A DNA stretch of 64,000 nucleotides, taken from assembly GCA_035492855.1 (NCBI GenBank), contig DATJIU010000125.1, positions 4,025 through 68,024 of the forward strand, in the 5' to 3' direction. Both the position numbers and the translations under genes were made by a program. This document shows positions 10,101-19,516 of this stretch, in pieces. The stretch is from Dongiaceae bacterium (lineage in GTDB: Bacteria > Verrucomicrobiota > Verrucomicrobiia > Limisphaerales > JAFMIX01). Under the pieces are notes generated by a model. That model was not told the DNA's origin. It did not search any database and saw only the letters and a list, made by a program, of their open reading frames with translations. The first letter of the stretch is position 1, and each line of letters opens with the position of its first letter.

Positions 10101-13100
10101 TATTCCAACCTGACCGCGGCCAACTGCCTGGGTGATTTCGGCGGCCGCCTGAGCCACAGCGGCGAACGGGTGGCGTTGGCCAAGCCGGATTATAATTTTG
10201 TGACCAACAACTTCCAGGTCATCACCAACACCGACTACATCGTGGTCAATGAGGTGACCTATTCCGACGGCGGCCGCTGGCCCCAATGGGCCGACGGCGG
10301 CGGCAGCAGTCTGGAGCTGACGGATCCCAATGCGGACACCCGGCTGGCGGCCAACTGGGCCGACAGCGACGAAACGGCCAAGGCTCCGTGGACCACCGTT
10401 TCCCGGCTCGGCACCGTGGACAATCTCAGCACCACGGCGGACGAATTGCAGGTGTTGCAACTCGGCGCCGGTGAATGTTTGGTGGATGACGTGGAAGTGC
10501 GCGATGCCAGCAACGCCAACCGCATCAGCAATTCCACCTTTGAAAGCGATGCCTCCGGCTGGACGGCCGAGGGCACGGAGGAAAATTCGGGCTGGGAGGC
10601 GGGCAGCGGCTACAACAGCGCGCATTCCTATCATGTGCGCGCGGTGTCGCGCGGCGACAACCAGGTGAACCGCGTCCGGACCCTTTTGACCAGTTCCCTC
10701 TCCTACGGCAGCACCGCCACCATCAAGGCCCGGGTGCGCTGGCTGCGGGGCTCGCCCCAGGTTTTGTTCCGGCTGCGGGGCAACGGGCTGGAAGCCGCCG
10801 CCACCATGACCCTGCCGCCCAATCTCGGCACACCGGGCGCGGCCAACAGCCGGGCCGTGAACAACGCTCCGCCGGCCATCTATGACGTGGCGCATGCCCC
10901 GGTGTTGCCCGCCGCCAGCCAGCCCGTGGTGGTGACCGCACGGGCCAACGATCCGCAGGGAGTAACCGCCCTGACGCTGAACTACCGCCTGGACCCGAAC
11001 ACTTCCTATACTGCGGTGACGATGAAGGATGATGGCACCGGCGGTGATGCCGTGGCGGGTGATGGCGTGTACAGTGCCACCATTCCCGGCCAGGCGACAG
11101 GAGTGATGGTGGCCTATTATATCCAGGCCACCGATGGCTTTGCGCCGGCCGCTTCGGCGCTGTTCCCGAATGATGCCCCGGTACGCGAGTGCCTGATCCA
11201 TTTCGGCGAAACCATTCCCACCGGCAACCTGCCCGTCTATCTCATCTGGATGACCCAGTCCACGTTCAACACCTGGACCGCGCGGAACAAGATGAACAAT
11301 TTGCCCAACGACGTCACCTTTGTGGTGGGCAACCAGCGGGCCATTTACAACGTCCAGGCGCATTACGCCGGCAGTCCGTACATTTCACCGGGCTACAGCA
11401 CGCCCACGGGCAACCGCTGCGGTTACACTGTCAGTTTCCCGCCGGATGATGTTTTCCTGGGCGGCGATGAACTGGTGATTGACTGGCCGGGCGGTCATGG
11501 CGGTGAGAACACTGCCGTGCAGGAACAGATGGCTTACTGGATCGCCGATCGCATGGGGCTGCCCTACAGCTACCGGCATTACATCCGGCTGCAGGTGAAT
11601 GGCGTCACCGACATGCAGCGCGGCGGCGTGTTTGAAGCCGTGTTGCAACCCAGCAGCGAGTACGTGGACATCTGGTCGCCGGATGATACCGAGGGTCAGT
11701 TTTTCAAGATTGAGCGCGCCTTTGAGTGCAGCGATGCCGGCGGCCTGAGTGCCGATCCTGAGCCGCAGTTGCAGCTCTTCACCACCATTGATCCGGCCAC
11801 GGGCAACAGCATCAAGAAAATGGAGCGGTACCGCTGGAACTGGCTGCTCCGCGGCTCGGCCAATACCGCCTATGATTTCACCAACCTCTTCGCCTTGGTG
11901 GACGCGGTGAATTCCACCGACCCCGAGCCGTACACCACCCAGACCGAAGGCATCGCCGACATGGAAGAATGGATGCGCACCTTTGCCTTCGAGCACATCG
12001 TCGTCAATTTCGACAGTTGGGGGCACGCCATCGGCAAGAACATGTACGGCTACAAGCCGGTCAATGGCAAATGGCAGATTTACCCGTTTGACCTCGACTG
12101 GCTGATGCTGGTTTCCGCGCGGGCCTCCGGCTCTTACGCGGCCAACACGGCGGATCTGTTCACCTCTCAGGATCCCACGGTCAGCCGTATGTATTATTTC
12201 CCGCCGTTCCAACGGGCTTATTACCGGGCCGTGCAAAAGGCGGTGGCGGGCCCGTTGCTCAACACCCAGGCCGACCCGGTGATGGATGCCAAGTACCGGT
12301 CGCTGGTGGATAATGGGGTAACGATGTGCGACGGGCAGACGCTGGTCAGTCCCTCCGCAGTCAAACAATGGTTCAGCGACCGCCGCACCTACCTGGTGAA
12401 CCAGCTCGCCGGCGTGGCCGCCAATTTCTCGGTGAACAGTCCCGGCACCTTCACGGTGAACACCAATCTGGCCAGCATCAGCGGCACCGCGCCGATATCC
12501 GTCACCAGCATCACCATCAACGGCCAGAACTGGCCGGTCACCTGGACCAGTGTCACCGATTGGACGCTCAACCTGCCGTTGGCGGCCGGCACCAACCTGT
12601 TCGCCGTTACCGCCTATGATGGCTCTGGCGCCGTGGTGGGCACCGCCAGCAACCTCGTCACGGTGAAATTCACCGGCACCGTGCCGGATCCGGCCGGCAG
12701 CGTGGTTATCAATGAAATCATGTACGACCCCGTGCTCCCCGGCGCCCAATACGTGGAGCTGTTCAATAATTCCAGCAACACGGTGTTTGACCTCTCGGGC
12801 TGGCGGATTAACGGCCTGAACTACACCTTCCCGGCGGGCAGTTATATCGCCCCGGGCGGTTATCTGGTGCTGACCCAGGACCGCAGCCAGTTTGACATCG
12901 TGTACGGCCCCGATCTCCTGGCGTTTGACCAATACGCGGGCAATTTGCAGAACAACGGCGAAGTGCTCACCTTGTTCCGGCCGAGCGCCCTGCCAGACCA
13001 GGAAATCGTGGTGGATCGCGTCCGTTATGAGGCAGCCTCGCCGTGGCCGGCCCCGGCCCTCGGAGCTTCATTGCAACTGGTGGATGCCGGCCAGGACAAC

Positions 13101-15122
13101 AGCCGGGTGGCCAACTGGGTCACCGCCAGTGCGGCATCCGCCCCGCCTTCGGCCCTCTCCCTGATGGCCCTGACGAACACTTGGAAATACATGCAGGTAT
13201 CCAATCTGGATGGCATCAACTGGACGGCGACCAACTTCAACGACACCGCCTGGCCCGCCGGTGCCGGGTTGCTGGCCTACGAAGTGAATTCGCAGATTGT
13301 GCCGCTGATCAACACCGTGTTGAATCCGCCCGGCCAGGCGATCAATGACGTGCAAGCCGGTCACGCGGATTATTTCCGGACTACCATCAATATCCCGAAC
13401 AGCCTTTCCGGCTATACCATCACCGCCAATGCCTATGTGGACGATGGCGCGGTGTTTTATGTGAATGGGGTGGAGGCGGCGCGGGTGCGTATGGCTGCGG
13501 GCGTGGTGACCAACCTCACCTTCAGCACCGGCCAGCCGCCCTCGGGCGATGCCGTCACTCCCGACCAGTTCACCCTGCCCGCTTCGCTGTTTGTGCCGGG
13601 AACCAACTCTATCGCCGTGGAAGTGCATCAGAATGTGGCCGGCAGTTCAGACATCACCTTCGGCTTGCAACTGGACGCGGCCTACACCGGTGGCGTCACT
13701 GCTGAGGCCACGCCCGGCGCGGCCAACTCCGTGGTCGCCACTCAGCCGGCGTTCCCGACCGTCTGGTTGAACGAACTCCAGGCTGACAATGTGAACGGGG
13801 CGACGGATAATTTAGGCCAGCACGAACCGTGGGTGGAACTCTACAATCCGGGATCCAACGCGGTCAGCCTTGCGGGCTGCCATCTCAGTGCCAGCTACAC
13901 CAACCTTACGCAGTGGGCCTTCCCGGCCAATGCCGCAGTGCCCGCCGGCGGATTCCTGCTTGTGTGGTGCGACAATCAGACCAATCAAAGCACGGCCAGT
14001 GTGTTCCATGCCGGATTCCGCCTGGCCTCGGGGACCGGGCAGGTGGCCCTCTCGCGCACCGTTTCCGGTACCAACCAGGTACTGGATTATCTCACCTACA
14101 ACGAACTGCCCTCCAACTGGGCGTACGGCGATGTTCCGGACGGCCAGCCGTTCTACCGCGCCAACCTGTTCTACCCGACGCCGGGCGCCACCAATAACGC
14201 CGCCTCCGCACCCATCGTCGTGTACATTAACGAATGGATGGCCGATAACGGCGCCACCCTCGCGGATCCGGCGGACACCAAGTTCCAGGACTGGTTTGAA
14301 CTCTACAATCCGGGCACCAACACCGTGGATCTCGGGGGTTATTATTTAACGGATGACTTGACCACGCCGCTCAAGAACCAGGTGCCGAACAACGGCCATT
14401 ACACCATTCCGCCCGGTGGCTATCTCCTGGTGTGGGCGGATGGTGAAGCCGGCCAGAACAGCACCAATGTGGCCGACCTGCACGTCAACTTTTCGCTGAG
14501 CAAGGGCGGCGAGGCCATTGGCTTGTTTGCAGCGGATGGCACCCAGATTGACGCCGTGGTGTTCGGGGCCCAGAGTACCGACATCAGCCAGGGTCGGTTC
14601 CCAGATGGCGGGGCCAATCTCTACTTCATGAACACGCCCACGCCGCGGTTGGCCAATGTGCTGCCCAATACCGCGCCGGCACTTTCGCCGCTCACCAACC
14701 GGGAAGTAACGCTCGGCCAGACCGTCACCTTCACCGCCCAGGCCTCCGACGCCGATCACCCGGCACAAACGCTGACCTTCAGCCTCGGCGTGGGTGCGCC
14801 CGCCGGCGCCGCCATCAACCCGGCGAGCGGTCAGTTCAGTTGGACGCCGTCTGTGGCCCCGGCCACCAACCAGATCAGCGTGGTGGTGACCGACAACGGC
14901 ACGCCGAACCTGAGCGCCACCCAAACCTTCTCGGTCATTGTGGACCTACCGCCGACCCTCAATGTCGTGCATTCCGGCGGGCAGTTGCAGCTCTCCTGGT
15001 CGCAGGGAGTGCTCCAGGAGGCCGATAACGTCACCGGTCCTTTCCTGGACGTAACCAATGCTGTTTCTCCCTATGGCATAAGCACTTCGGTGTCGCATAA
15101 GTTTTACCGCATCCGGTTCTAA
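7131..15122 (+). CDS. giant secreted lamin-tail-domain / CotH-domain protein (about 2660 aa)
   Basis: The track ORF is 7083..15122 with a TTG start. The ATG at 7131 gives the signal peptide MKRVLFPRRWLYCVCLLLLAVIAPAQA. Six lamin-tail-like modules share the pattern (V/L)VINE(I/L)MY..-YVELYN-..DLSGW.L. They lie near nt 9030, 9508, 9894, 12699, 13760 and 14218. A CotH-like central region lies at about 11.2-12.4 kb (YLIWMTQSTFNTW, NDVTFVVGNQRAIYNVQAHYAGS, NMYGYKP). There are also an Ig-like I-set module (PAVQWYRGG), a ConA/LamG-like module, a cadherin-like module and a C-terminal FYRIRF tail. Confidence 0.85.
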   Translation: MKRVLFPRRWLYCVCLLLLAVIAPAQAANMTPITVTGFNADLVIESTASGPPFSSYATELNPGENLSFYESGLSGFFYGLPAGGNFTSADDGTTVFQFQPFTGNNALVMSSDTGITTGTLTLAIPQTYGRVAILANSASGGGYPNVTFNFNDGTSYTTFYNAPDWFNNSGYALLGVERINLGNGNTSGAPDNPRFYQTTVDLDAALGLTNKTLVSISFDQASGSGSTAIYAVSGVVGQQIPAAILSDPKDLTVKEADPASFNAAVSGNPTPAVQWYRGGVSIPGATNLTYNIAATALTNSGALYRLVASNVANSVTYVVTSGVAKLTVIADTNPPVLLQAQSLGLTTVEVDFSEKLAPASATNIANYAITGTNGSPGISSASLDGTQKTVLLTVSAMTDGATYTLTVTNVTDQAAAANPVAANSHTNFVATVYTPANVGGAPLSGSQIAAGNWFNLSGSGTDLGGTSDQFQYSYVTQNGDFDVMVRLDSLTSVGAWTEAGMVVREDLTPGAREISVMATPGSIGCYFQSRAVTGGATSLTGSFPVNYPNTWLRLKRSGNTFTGWAGFDGKNWTQLGSVTVALPALLDFGFAVSSHDTTRLATAAFRDYGAVTNATESGPPDYDPLAQCSRNTPLVISEIMYHPTNSGMEYVELYNSSGEPQDISGFQLDGSVHYTFPTNTVMPGGGFMVVAESPAALQSAYGLSGVFGPYTNTLPNSSGKVILRHRSGALFLEVDYSDQPPWPAAADGAGHSLVLAHPSYGQSNPKAWAASDVMGGSPGRLEPISADPLRGVVINEFLAHTDPPLEDYIELYNHSNVAKDLSGAWLSDTAGSLLYRIPNGTTIAPRGFAVFTQTTLGFSLTAAGEQIFLVNSNRSRVIDSYVFGAQENGVSFGRVPDGAPDWYRLAARTPGTNNGVAMPAPVVINELMYHPVTELDDDQYVELYNRTASAVDLSGWQLTDGITFTFPGGTVIPAHGYLVAARNAAHLRANYSNLTAANCLGDFGGRLSHSGERVALAKPDYNFVTNNFQVITNTDYIVVNEVTYSDGGRWPQWADGGGSSLELTDPNADTRLAANWADSDETAKAPWTTVSRLGTVDNLSTTADELQVLQLGAGECLVDDVEVRDASNANRISNSTFESDASGWTAEGTEENSGWEAGSGYNSAHSYHVRAVSRGDNQVNRVRTLLTSSLSYGSTATIKARVRWLRGSPQVLFRLRGNGLEAAATMTLPPNLGTPGAANSRAVNNAPPAIYDVAHAPVLPAASQPVVVTARANDPQGVTALTLNYRLDPNTSYTAVTMKDDGTGGDAVAGDGVYSATIPGQATGVMVAYYIQATDGFAPAASALFPNDAPVRECLIHFGETIPTGNLPVYLIWMTQSTFNTWTARNKMNNLPNDVTFVVGNQRAIYNVQAHYAGSPYISPGYSTPTGNRCGYTVSFPPDDVFLGGDELVIDWPGGHGGENTAVQEQMAYWIADRMGLPYSYRHYIRLQVNGVTDMQRGGVFEAVLQPSSEYVDIWSPDDTEGQFFKIERAFECSDAGGLSADPEPQLQLFTTIDPATGNSIKKMERYRWNWLLRGSANTAYDFTNLFALVDAVNSTDPEPYTTQTEGIADMEEWMRTFAFEHIVVNFDSWGHAIGKNMYGYKPVNGKWQIYPFDLDWLMLVSARASGSYAANTADLFTSQDPTVSRMYYFPPFQRAYYRAVQKAVAGPLLNTQADPVMDAKYRSLVDNGVTMCDGQTLVSPSAVKQWFSDRRTYLVNQLAGVAANFSVNSPGTFTVNTNLASISGTAPISVTSITINGQNWPVTWTSVTDWTLNLPLAAGTNLFAVTAYDGSGAVVGTASNLVTVKFTGTVPDPAGSVVINEIMYDPVLPGAQYVELFNNSSNTVFDLSGWRINGLNYTFPAGSYIAPGGYLVLTQDRSQFDIVYGPDLLAFDQYAGNLQNNGEVLTLFRPSALPDQEIVVDRVRYEAASPWPAPALGASLQLVDAGQDNSRVANWVTASAASAPPSALSLMALTNTWKYMQVSNLDGINWTATNFNDTAWPAGAGLLAYEVNSQIVPLINTVLNPPGQAINDVQAGHADYFRTTINIPNSLSGYTITANAYVDDGAVFYVNGVEAARVRMAAGVVTNLTFSTGQPPSGDAVTPDQFTLPASLFVPGTNSIAVEVHQNVAGSSDITFGLQLDAAYTGGVTAEATPGAANSVVATQPAFPTVWLNELQADNVNGATDNLGQHEPWVELYNPGSNAVSLAGCHLSASYTNLTQWAFPANAAVPAGGFLLVWCDNQTNQSTASVFHAGFRLASGTGQVALSRTVSGTNQVLDYLTYNELPSNWAYGDVPDGQPFYRANLFYPTPGATNNAASAPIVVYINEWMADNGATLADPADTKFQDWFELYNPGTNTVDLGGYYLTDDLTTPLKNQVPNNGHYTIPPGGYLLVWADGEAGQNSTNVADLHVNFSLSKGGEAIGLFAADGTQIDAVVFGAQSTDISQGRFPDGGANLYFMNTPTPRLANVLPNTAPALSPLTNREVTLGQTVTFTAQASDADHPAQTLTFSLGVGAPAGAAINPASGQFSWTPSVAPATNQISVVVTDNGTPNLSATQTFSVIVDLPPTLNVVHSGGQLQLSWSQGVLQEADNVTGPFLDVTNAVSPYGISTSVSHKFYRIRF

Positions 15123-15281
15123 AGCGGCTTTCCGTTCGGAAAAGGAAATCCCGGGAGCGAATTGGAACATACAATTTGCTTGCCGTGCCCGGGAAACATG
15201 TTGTGCTTGAGGCAGCTATTATCCGTTTTTTCGGACAGCGTAACCTGCTGGATAACAACGATGGAACCCCATCAATAACAA

Positions 15282-16307
15282 ATGAAAGCTCTCGTCAAAA
15301 AAGCGGCCGAGCCGGGACTCTGGCTGGAAGATGTTCCCGAACCCAAAACTGGCATCAACGACGTCCTGATCCGGGTGGACCGCACGGGCATTTGCGGCAC
15401 GGACGTCCATATCTACAAGTGGGATGCCTGGGCGCAAAAAACCATCCCGGTGCCGATGGTGGTGGGGCATGAATTTGTCGGCGAAATCATTGAGGTCGGA
15501 GCCAACGTGAAGGATTTCTTCCCCGGCCAGGTGGTCAGCGGCGAAGGCCACGTGGTGTGCGGCCACTGTCGCAACTGCCTCGCGGGCCGGCGACATTTGT
15601 GCGCCGACACCAAGGGCATTGGCGTGAACCGCCCCGGCGCCTTCGCCGAATACCTGGCGCTGCCCATGACAAATGTCTGGGTGCACAGCCCGGGAATCGA
15701 CCGCGATGTGGCGTCCATCTTTGATCCCTTCGGCAACGCGGTGCACACGGCACTCTCCTTTCCCTTGCTCGGCGAGGATGTGCTCATCACCGGCGCCGGC
15801 CCCATCGGCATCATGGCTGCGGCCATTGCGCGGCATGCCGGGGCGCGGTACGTGGTCATCACCGACCTGAATGAATATCGGCTCGATCTCGCCCGCAAAA
15901 TGGGGGTGACTCTCGCCGTCAATCCGCGCGAACGCAATCTCAAGGACGTGCAAAAACAGCTCGGCATGACCGAGGGCTTTGATGTGGGACTGGAAATGTC
16001 CGGCAACGCCTCCGCGTTCCACGATATGATCGCCAACATGTGCCACGGCGGCAAAATCGCCATGCTCGGCATTCCCGAGAAGGAGATGGCCATTGACTGG
16101 AATACCGTCGTGTTTTCCATGCTCACCATCAAGGGCATCTACGGCCGCGAAATGTACGAGACCTGGTACAAGATGACCGTCATGCTGCAAAGCGGGCTGA
16201 ACATCACCCCCGCCATCACCCACCGCATGCATTACACCGAGTTCAAGAAAGGTTTCGAGGTCATGCTCAGCGGCCAGTCTGGCAAGGTCATCCTGAACTG
16301 GCGCTGA
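15282..16307 (+). CDS. tdh: L-threonine 3-dehydrogenase
   Basis: A 341-aa zinc-type alcohol-dehydrogenase-fold protein. The N-terminus [69 protein letters not shown] is characteristic of Tdh. kbl lies in the same operon. Confidence 0.9.
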   Translation: MKALVKKAAEPGLWLEDVPEPKTGINDVLIRVDRTGICGTDVHIYKWDAWAQKTIPVPMVVGHEFVGEIIEVGANVKDFFPGQVVSGEGHVVCGHCRNCLAGRRHLCADTKGIGVNRPGAFAEYLALPMTNVWVHSPGIDRDVASIFDPFGNAVHTALSFPLLGEDVLITGAGPIGIMAAAIARHAGARYVVITDLNEYRLDLARKMGVTLAVNPRERNLKDVQKQLGMTEGFDVGLEMSGNASAFHDMIANMCHGGKIAMLGIPEKEMAIDWNTVVFSMLTIKGIYGREMYETWYKMTVMLQSGLNITPAITHRMHYTEFKKGFEVMLSGQSGKVILNWR

Positions 16308-16339
16308 CCGGCAACCGCAACTGACTGACTGGATTTGTT

Positions 16340-17317
16340 ATGAGTGAACCTTTGCCCCGTCTCGCCCGCGCCCGCGCCATCCTCAGCCTCATCGGCCACA
16401 CCCCGCTCGTGCCGCTGACGTTTGCCGCCGAAGGCGTGACCATCTACGCCAAATGTGAATTCCTCAACCCCGGCGGCAGCGTGAAGGACCGCCTCGCCAA
16501 ATATATTTTGCTCGACGCCGAATCGCGGGGCTTGCTGAAACCTGACTCGAACATCCTGGAATGCAGCAGCGGCAACACCGGCATTGCCCTCTCCATGGTG
16601 GGCGCGGCCATGGGCTACCAGGTCACCATCCTCATGTCCGCCAGCGCCAGCCAGGAACGCCGCCGGCTCATCCGCCAGTTCGGCGCCGAACTGATTTTGT
16701 TCGACAGCGGCGGCATGTACCAGACCGGCATCGAACTCTCCCGGCAGATGTCCGCCGGGGATGCGCGCTACTTCCTGCCGCGCCAGTTTGAGAACCCGCT
16801 CAACGTCACCGACCACGAGGAAACCACCGGCCAGGAAATTGTGGACCAGATGGAGCGGCCGGTGGATATTTTTGTGCATGGCTATGGCACCGGCGGCACC
16901 CTGGCCGGGTGCGGGCGCGCCATCAAGAAACGTTGGCCCGCGGCGCGCATCATCGCCATGGAACCCGCCGAGCACGCCCTGCTCGCTGGCGAATGCCCCT
17001 GCTGTCATTACATCGAAGGCGTGGCCGACGGCTTCATGCCGCCGTTGATGCAGTCCGCGCCGCTGGACGGTCACGTCAAAGTCCGGAGCGCCGAGGCCAT
17101 GGAAATGGCGCGCCGCCTGCACCGCGAATTTGGCCTGCTGGTGGGTACATCGTCCGGCGCGAATGTAGCCGCCGCATTGCGGCTGGCCCAGGAAGCTCCG
17201 AAAGCCACCATCCTGACCCTCCTGTGCGACCGCGCGGAACGTTATTTCAGCACCACGTTGTTTGACATGATTGGCCGGGAACATGCGCCCGCGCCGGTTG
17301 CCGCTCCCGTGGCATGA
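16340..17317 (+). CDS. PLP-dependent cysteine synthase family protein (CysK/CBS-like)
   Basis: A 325-aa ORF. The PLP-lysine context is CEFLNPGGSVKDRLA. It also has SSGNTGIALSMVGAAMGYQVTILM and GTSSGANVAAALRLA. Confidence 0.8.
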   Translation: MSEPLPRLARARAILSLIGHTPLVPLTFAAEGVTIYAKCEFLNPGGSVKDRLAKYILLDAESRGLLKPDSNILECSSGNTGIALSMVGAAMGYQVTILMSASASQERRRLIRQFGAELILFDSGGMYQTGIELSRQMSAGDARYFLPRQFENPLNVTDHEETTGQEIVDQMERPVDIFVHGYGTGGTLAGCGRAIKKRWPAARIIAMEPAEHALLAGECPCCHYIEGVADGFMPPLMQSAPLDGHVKVRSAEAMEMARRLHREFGLLVGTSSGANVAAALRLAQEAPKATILTLLCDRAERYFSTTLFDMIGREHAPAPVAAPVA

Positions 17318-18030
17318 GCCTCACACAGCAAATTCCGGGGTACTTCGACGTGGCTGCGGCCGCGGCCCCCACCCTGCTGCAACAGATCCTGGAGCACTTT
17401 GGCATTGCCGTGGCCGCGGTCACCGGCGTGCTGGCCGCGCGCGGCAAGCACATTGACCTCTTCGGGGCCCTCGTGCTGGGCCTGGTTACCGCCTTTGGCG
17501 GCGGCACGGTGCGCGACCTGATGGTGGGCGACCTGCCCGTGGTCTGGCTGCGCGGTCCCGCTTATCTGCTCAATGCCGTCAGTGCCGCGTTGCTCACCTT
17601 TTTCGTTGCCCGGGTCTGGCTGCTGCCCCGCCAGGTGCTGCTCGTGGCCGATGCCTTTGCGCTCGCCCTGTTCACCATGATCGGCGCCCGCAAGGGCGTG
17701 GCCCTGCACCTCTCCGGCTCGGTGGCCGTGTTTCTTGGCGTGGTCACCGGCGTGGCCGGCGGGATGTTACGCGACGTGCTCGTCGGCGAAATGCCCCTGG
17801 TCTTTCAGCCCGCCATTCATCTGTATGCCACCGCCGCCATGATCGGCGCCGTAGTGTTCACCGTGCTCTGCCACCTGGGTGTGCCGTATCCGGTGGCCAC
17901 GCCCATCGGGGTTCTGCTGGTGCTGGGCCTGCGCCTCGCGGGCATCCGCTGGCGGCTCTCCCTGCCCATGTTTGAACCTCAGGAGCCGCCGCCCACCAGC
18001 CGCAACCGGCTGCCCATTTCCAAATTATGA
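17314..18030 (+). CDS. UPF0126 / trimeric intracellular cation channel-like membrane protein (YadS/YicG family, Pfam glycine-transporter domain)
   Basis: A 238-aa hydrophobic protein with two internal repeats carrying [17 protein letters not shown] and [17 protein letters not shown]. It has ATGA start/stop overlaps with both neighbours, at 17314-17317 and 18027-18030. Confidence 0.75.
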   Translation: MSLTQQIPGYFDVAAAAAPTLLQQILEHFGIAVAAVTGVLAARGKHIDLFGALVLGLVTAFGGGTVRDLMVGDLPVVWLRGPAYLLNAVSAALLTFFVARVWLLPRQVLLVADAFALALFTMIGARKGVALHLSGSVAVFLGVVTGVAGGMLRDVLVGEMPLVFQPAIHLYATAAMIGAVVFTVLCHLGVPYPVATPIGVLLVLGLRLAGIRWRLSLPMFEPQEPPPTSRNRLPISKL

Positions 18031-19211
18031 ACCTGACCTTCCAACAACACGTCACCCAACAGCTCGCCGCCGCGCGCACCGCGGGCACCTACAAGACCGA
18101 ACGTGTCATCATGACGCCGCAAGGCACCACCATCCGTGTGGCTGACGGCCAGCCGGTGCTCAATTTTTGCGCCAACAACTACCTCGGCCTCGCCCAGCAT
18201 CCCGCCGTCCGCGAAGCCGCCAAGCGCGCCCTCGACGAATGGGGTTATGGCCTGGCCTCCGTCCGGTTCATCTGCGGCACCCAAGGCGTGCACAAACAGT
18301 TGGAAAAGGCCCTCAGCACCTTTCTCGGCACGGATGACACCATCCTTTACAGTTCGTGCTTTGATGCCAACGGCGGCCTGTTTGAAACCCTGCTCGGCGC
18401 CGAAGACGCCATCATCAGCGACGAACTCAACCACGCCAGCATCATTGACGGCGTCCGCCTCTGCAAAGCCACGCGCTACCGCTATCGCAACAACGACCTG
18501 GCCGATCTCGAAGCGCAATTGAAAAGCGCCGCCGCCGCGCGCTTCAAAATGATCGCCACCGACGGCGTGTTCTCCATGGATGGCTACATCGCCAACCTCG
18601 CCGGCATTTGCGATCTTGCAGAAAAATATGGCGCGCTTGTGATGGTGGATGATTCGCATGCCGTCGGGTTCATGGGCCGCACCGGCCGCGGCACGCCCGA
18701 GTACAACAACGTCATCGGTCGCGTGGATATCATCACCGGCACGCTGGGCAAGGCCCTGGGCGGCGCCAGCGGCGGTTACACCAGCGGCCGGCGCGAAATC
18801 ATCGAACTCCTGCGCCAGCGTTCCCGGCCCTATCTTTTCTCCAACACCCTCGCGCCCGCTATCACCGGCGCGTCGCTGGAAGTCTTGCGGCTACTCACAG
18901 AATCCACCGCCCTGCGCGACAAACTGGAGGCCAACACCCAATATTTCCGCGAGGCCATGACCGCCCACGGCTTCAACATTTTGCCCGGCACCCATCCCAT
19001 TGTGCCCATCATGCTGGGCGATGCCGCCCTGGCCACCAAGTTTGCCGACGCCATGCTGGCCCGCGGCGTGTATGTGATCGGCTTCTCCTATCCCGTCGTG
19101 CCGCAGGGCAAGGCGCGCATCCGCACCCAAATCTCCGCCGCGCATTCCCGGGAAGATTTGGAGTTCGCCGTCCGCGCCTTCGCCGCCACCAAAAAAGAAT
19201 TCGGCCTCTGA
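18027..19211 (+). CDS. kbl: glycine C-acetyltransferase (2-amino-3-ketobutyrate CoA ligase)
   Basis: A 394-aa alpha-oxoamine synthase. Motifs seen: [34 protein letters not shown] and [19 protein letters not shown] (the PLP lysine). It shares an operon with tdh. Confidence 0.9.
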   Translation: MNLTFQQHVTQQLAAARTAGTYKTERVIMTPQGTTIRVADGQPVLNFCANNYLGLAQHPAVREAAKRALDEWGYGLASVRFICGTQGVHKQLEKALSTFLGTDDTILYSSCFDANGGLFETLLGAEDAIISDELNHASIIDGVRLCKATRYRYRNNDLADLEAQLKSAAAARFKMIATDGVFSMDGYIANLAGICDLAEKYGALVMVDDSHAVGFMGRTGRGTPEYNNVIGRVDIITGTLGKALGGASGGYTSGRREIIELLRQRSRPYLFSNTLAPAITGASLEVLRLLTESTALRDKLEANTQYFREAMTAHGFNILPGTHPIVPIMLGDAALATKFADAMLARGVYVIGFSYPVVPQGKARIRTQISAAHSREDLEFAVRAFAATKKEFGL

Positions 19212-19240
19212 CGCTGGCGGCGGGCGCTCTGCCGGACCGC

Positions 19241-19272
19241 ATTTTGGTGGGGCGAGCGTCCTCGCGAGCCGC
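19241..19272 (+). repeat. dispersed short repeat, copy A (attttggtggggcgagcgtcctcgcgagccgc)
   Basis: All 32 nt are identical to 25082-25113. The core is also present, inverted, at 28371-28397. It contains a small hairpin, gcgag-cgtc-ctcgc. It is intergenic, after kbl. Confidence 0.8.
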
Positions 19273-19457
19273 TCCGGCGATAATAACCCGCAGTTTCAAC
19301 TGCGGGTCGCGATTCCATATTCAAGCCCCACCGGGCGGCTGGAATAATTAGCCTCAACGATCCGGCTCACCTTCCTCTTCTTGCCGCCCTTCGCACCCTT
19401 CGCGTGAGCTTTTCACCTCAGAAAACTGAATTTGAACGAAATACACTTTGCGGAATC

Positions 19458-19482
19458 AATTACTTTGTGATACAAAGTAATT
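19458..19482. promoter_or_regulatory. perfect 11-bp inverted repeat AATTACTTTGT-gat-ACAAAGTAATT, 35 nt upstream of the radical SAM gene
   Basis: Read directly from the sequence. It is AT-rich within GC-rich DNA and sits immediately upstream of the ATG at 19517. This makes it a candidate operator overlapping the promoter. Confidence 0.45.
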
Positions 19483-19516
19483 AGGATAAAAAGCACCGCC
19501 AACCTGCGTTCAACCC

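Noticed and set aside
7926-11363. Very long antisense ORFs listed in the track. Examples: 7926..11363 minus (1145 aa), 43407..45767 minus (786 aa), 46500..48662 minus (720 aa), 2213..4336 plus (707 aa), 33318..35336 minus (672 aa), 59837..61495 minus (552 aa), 11385..12932 minus (515 aa), 4403..5719 minus, 26598..27896 plus, 51591..52790 minus.
   Set aside because: Each lies opposite a gene with clear family motifs. Their translations are Arg/Gly/Ala/His-rich and low-complexity with no motifs. This is the usual stop-codon-poor antisense frame of high-GC DNA.
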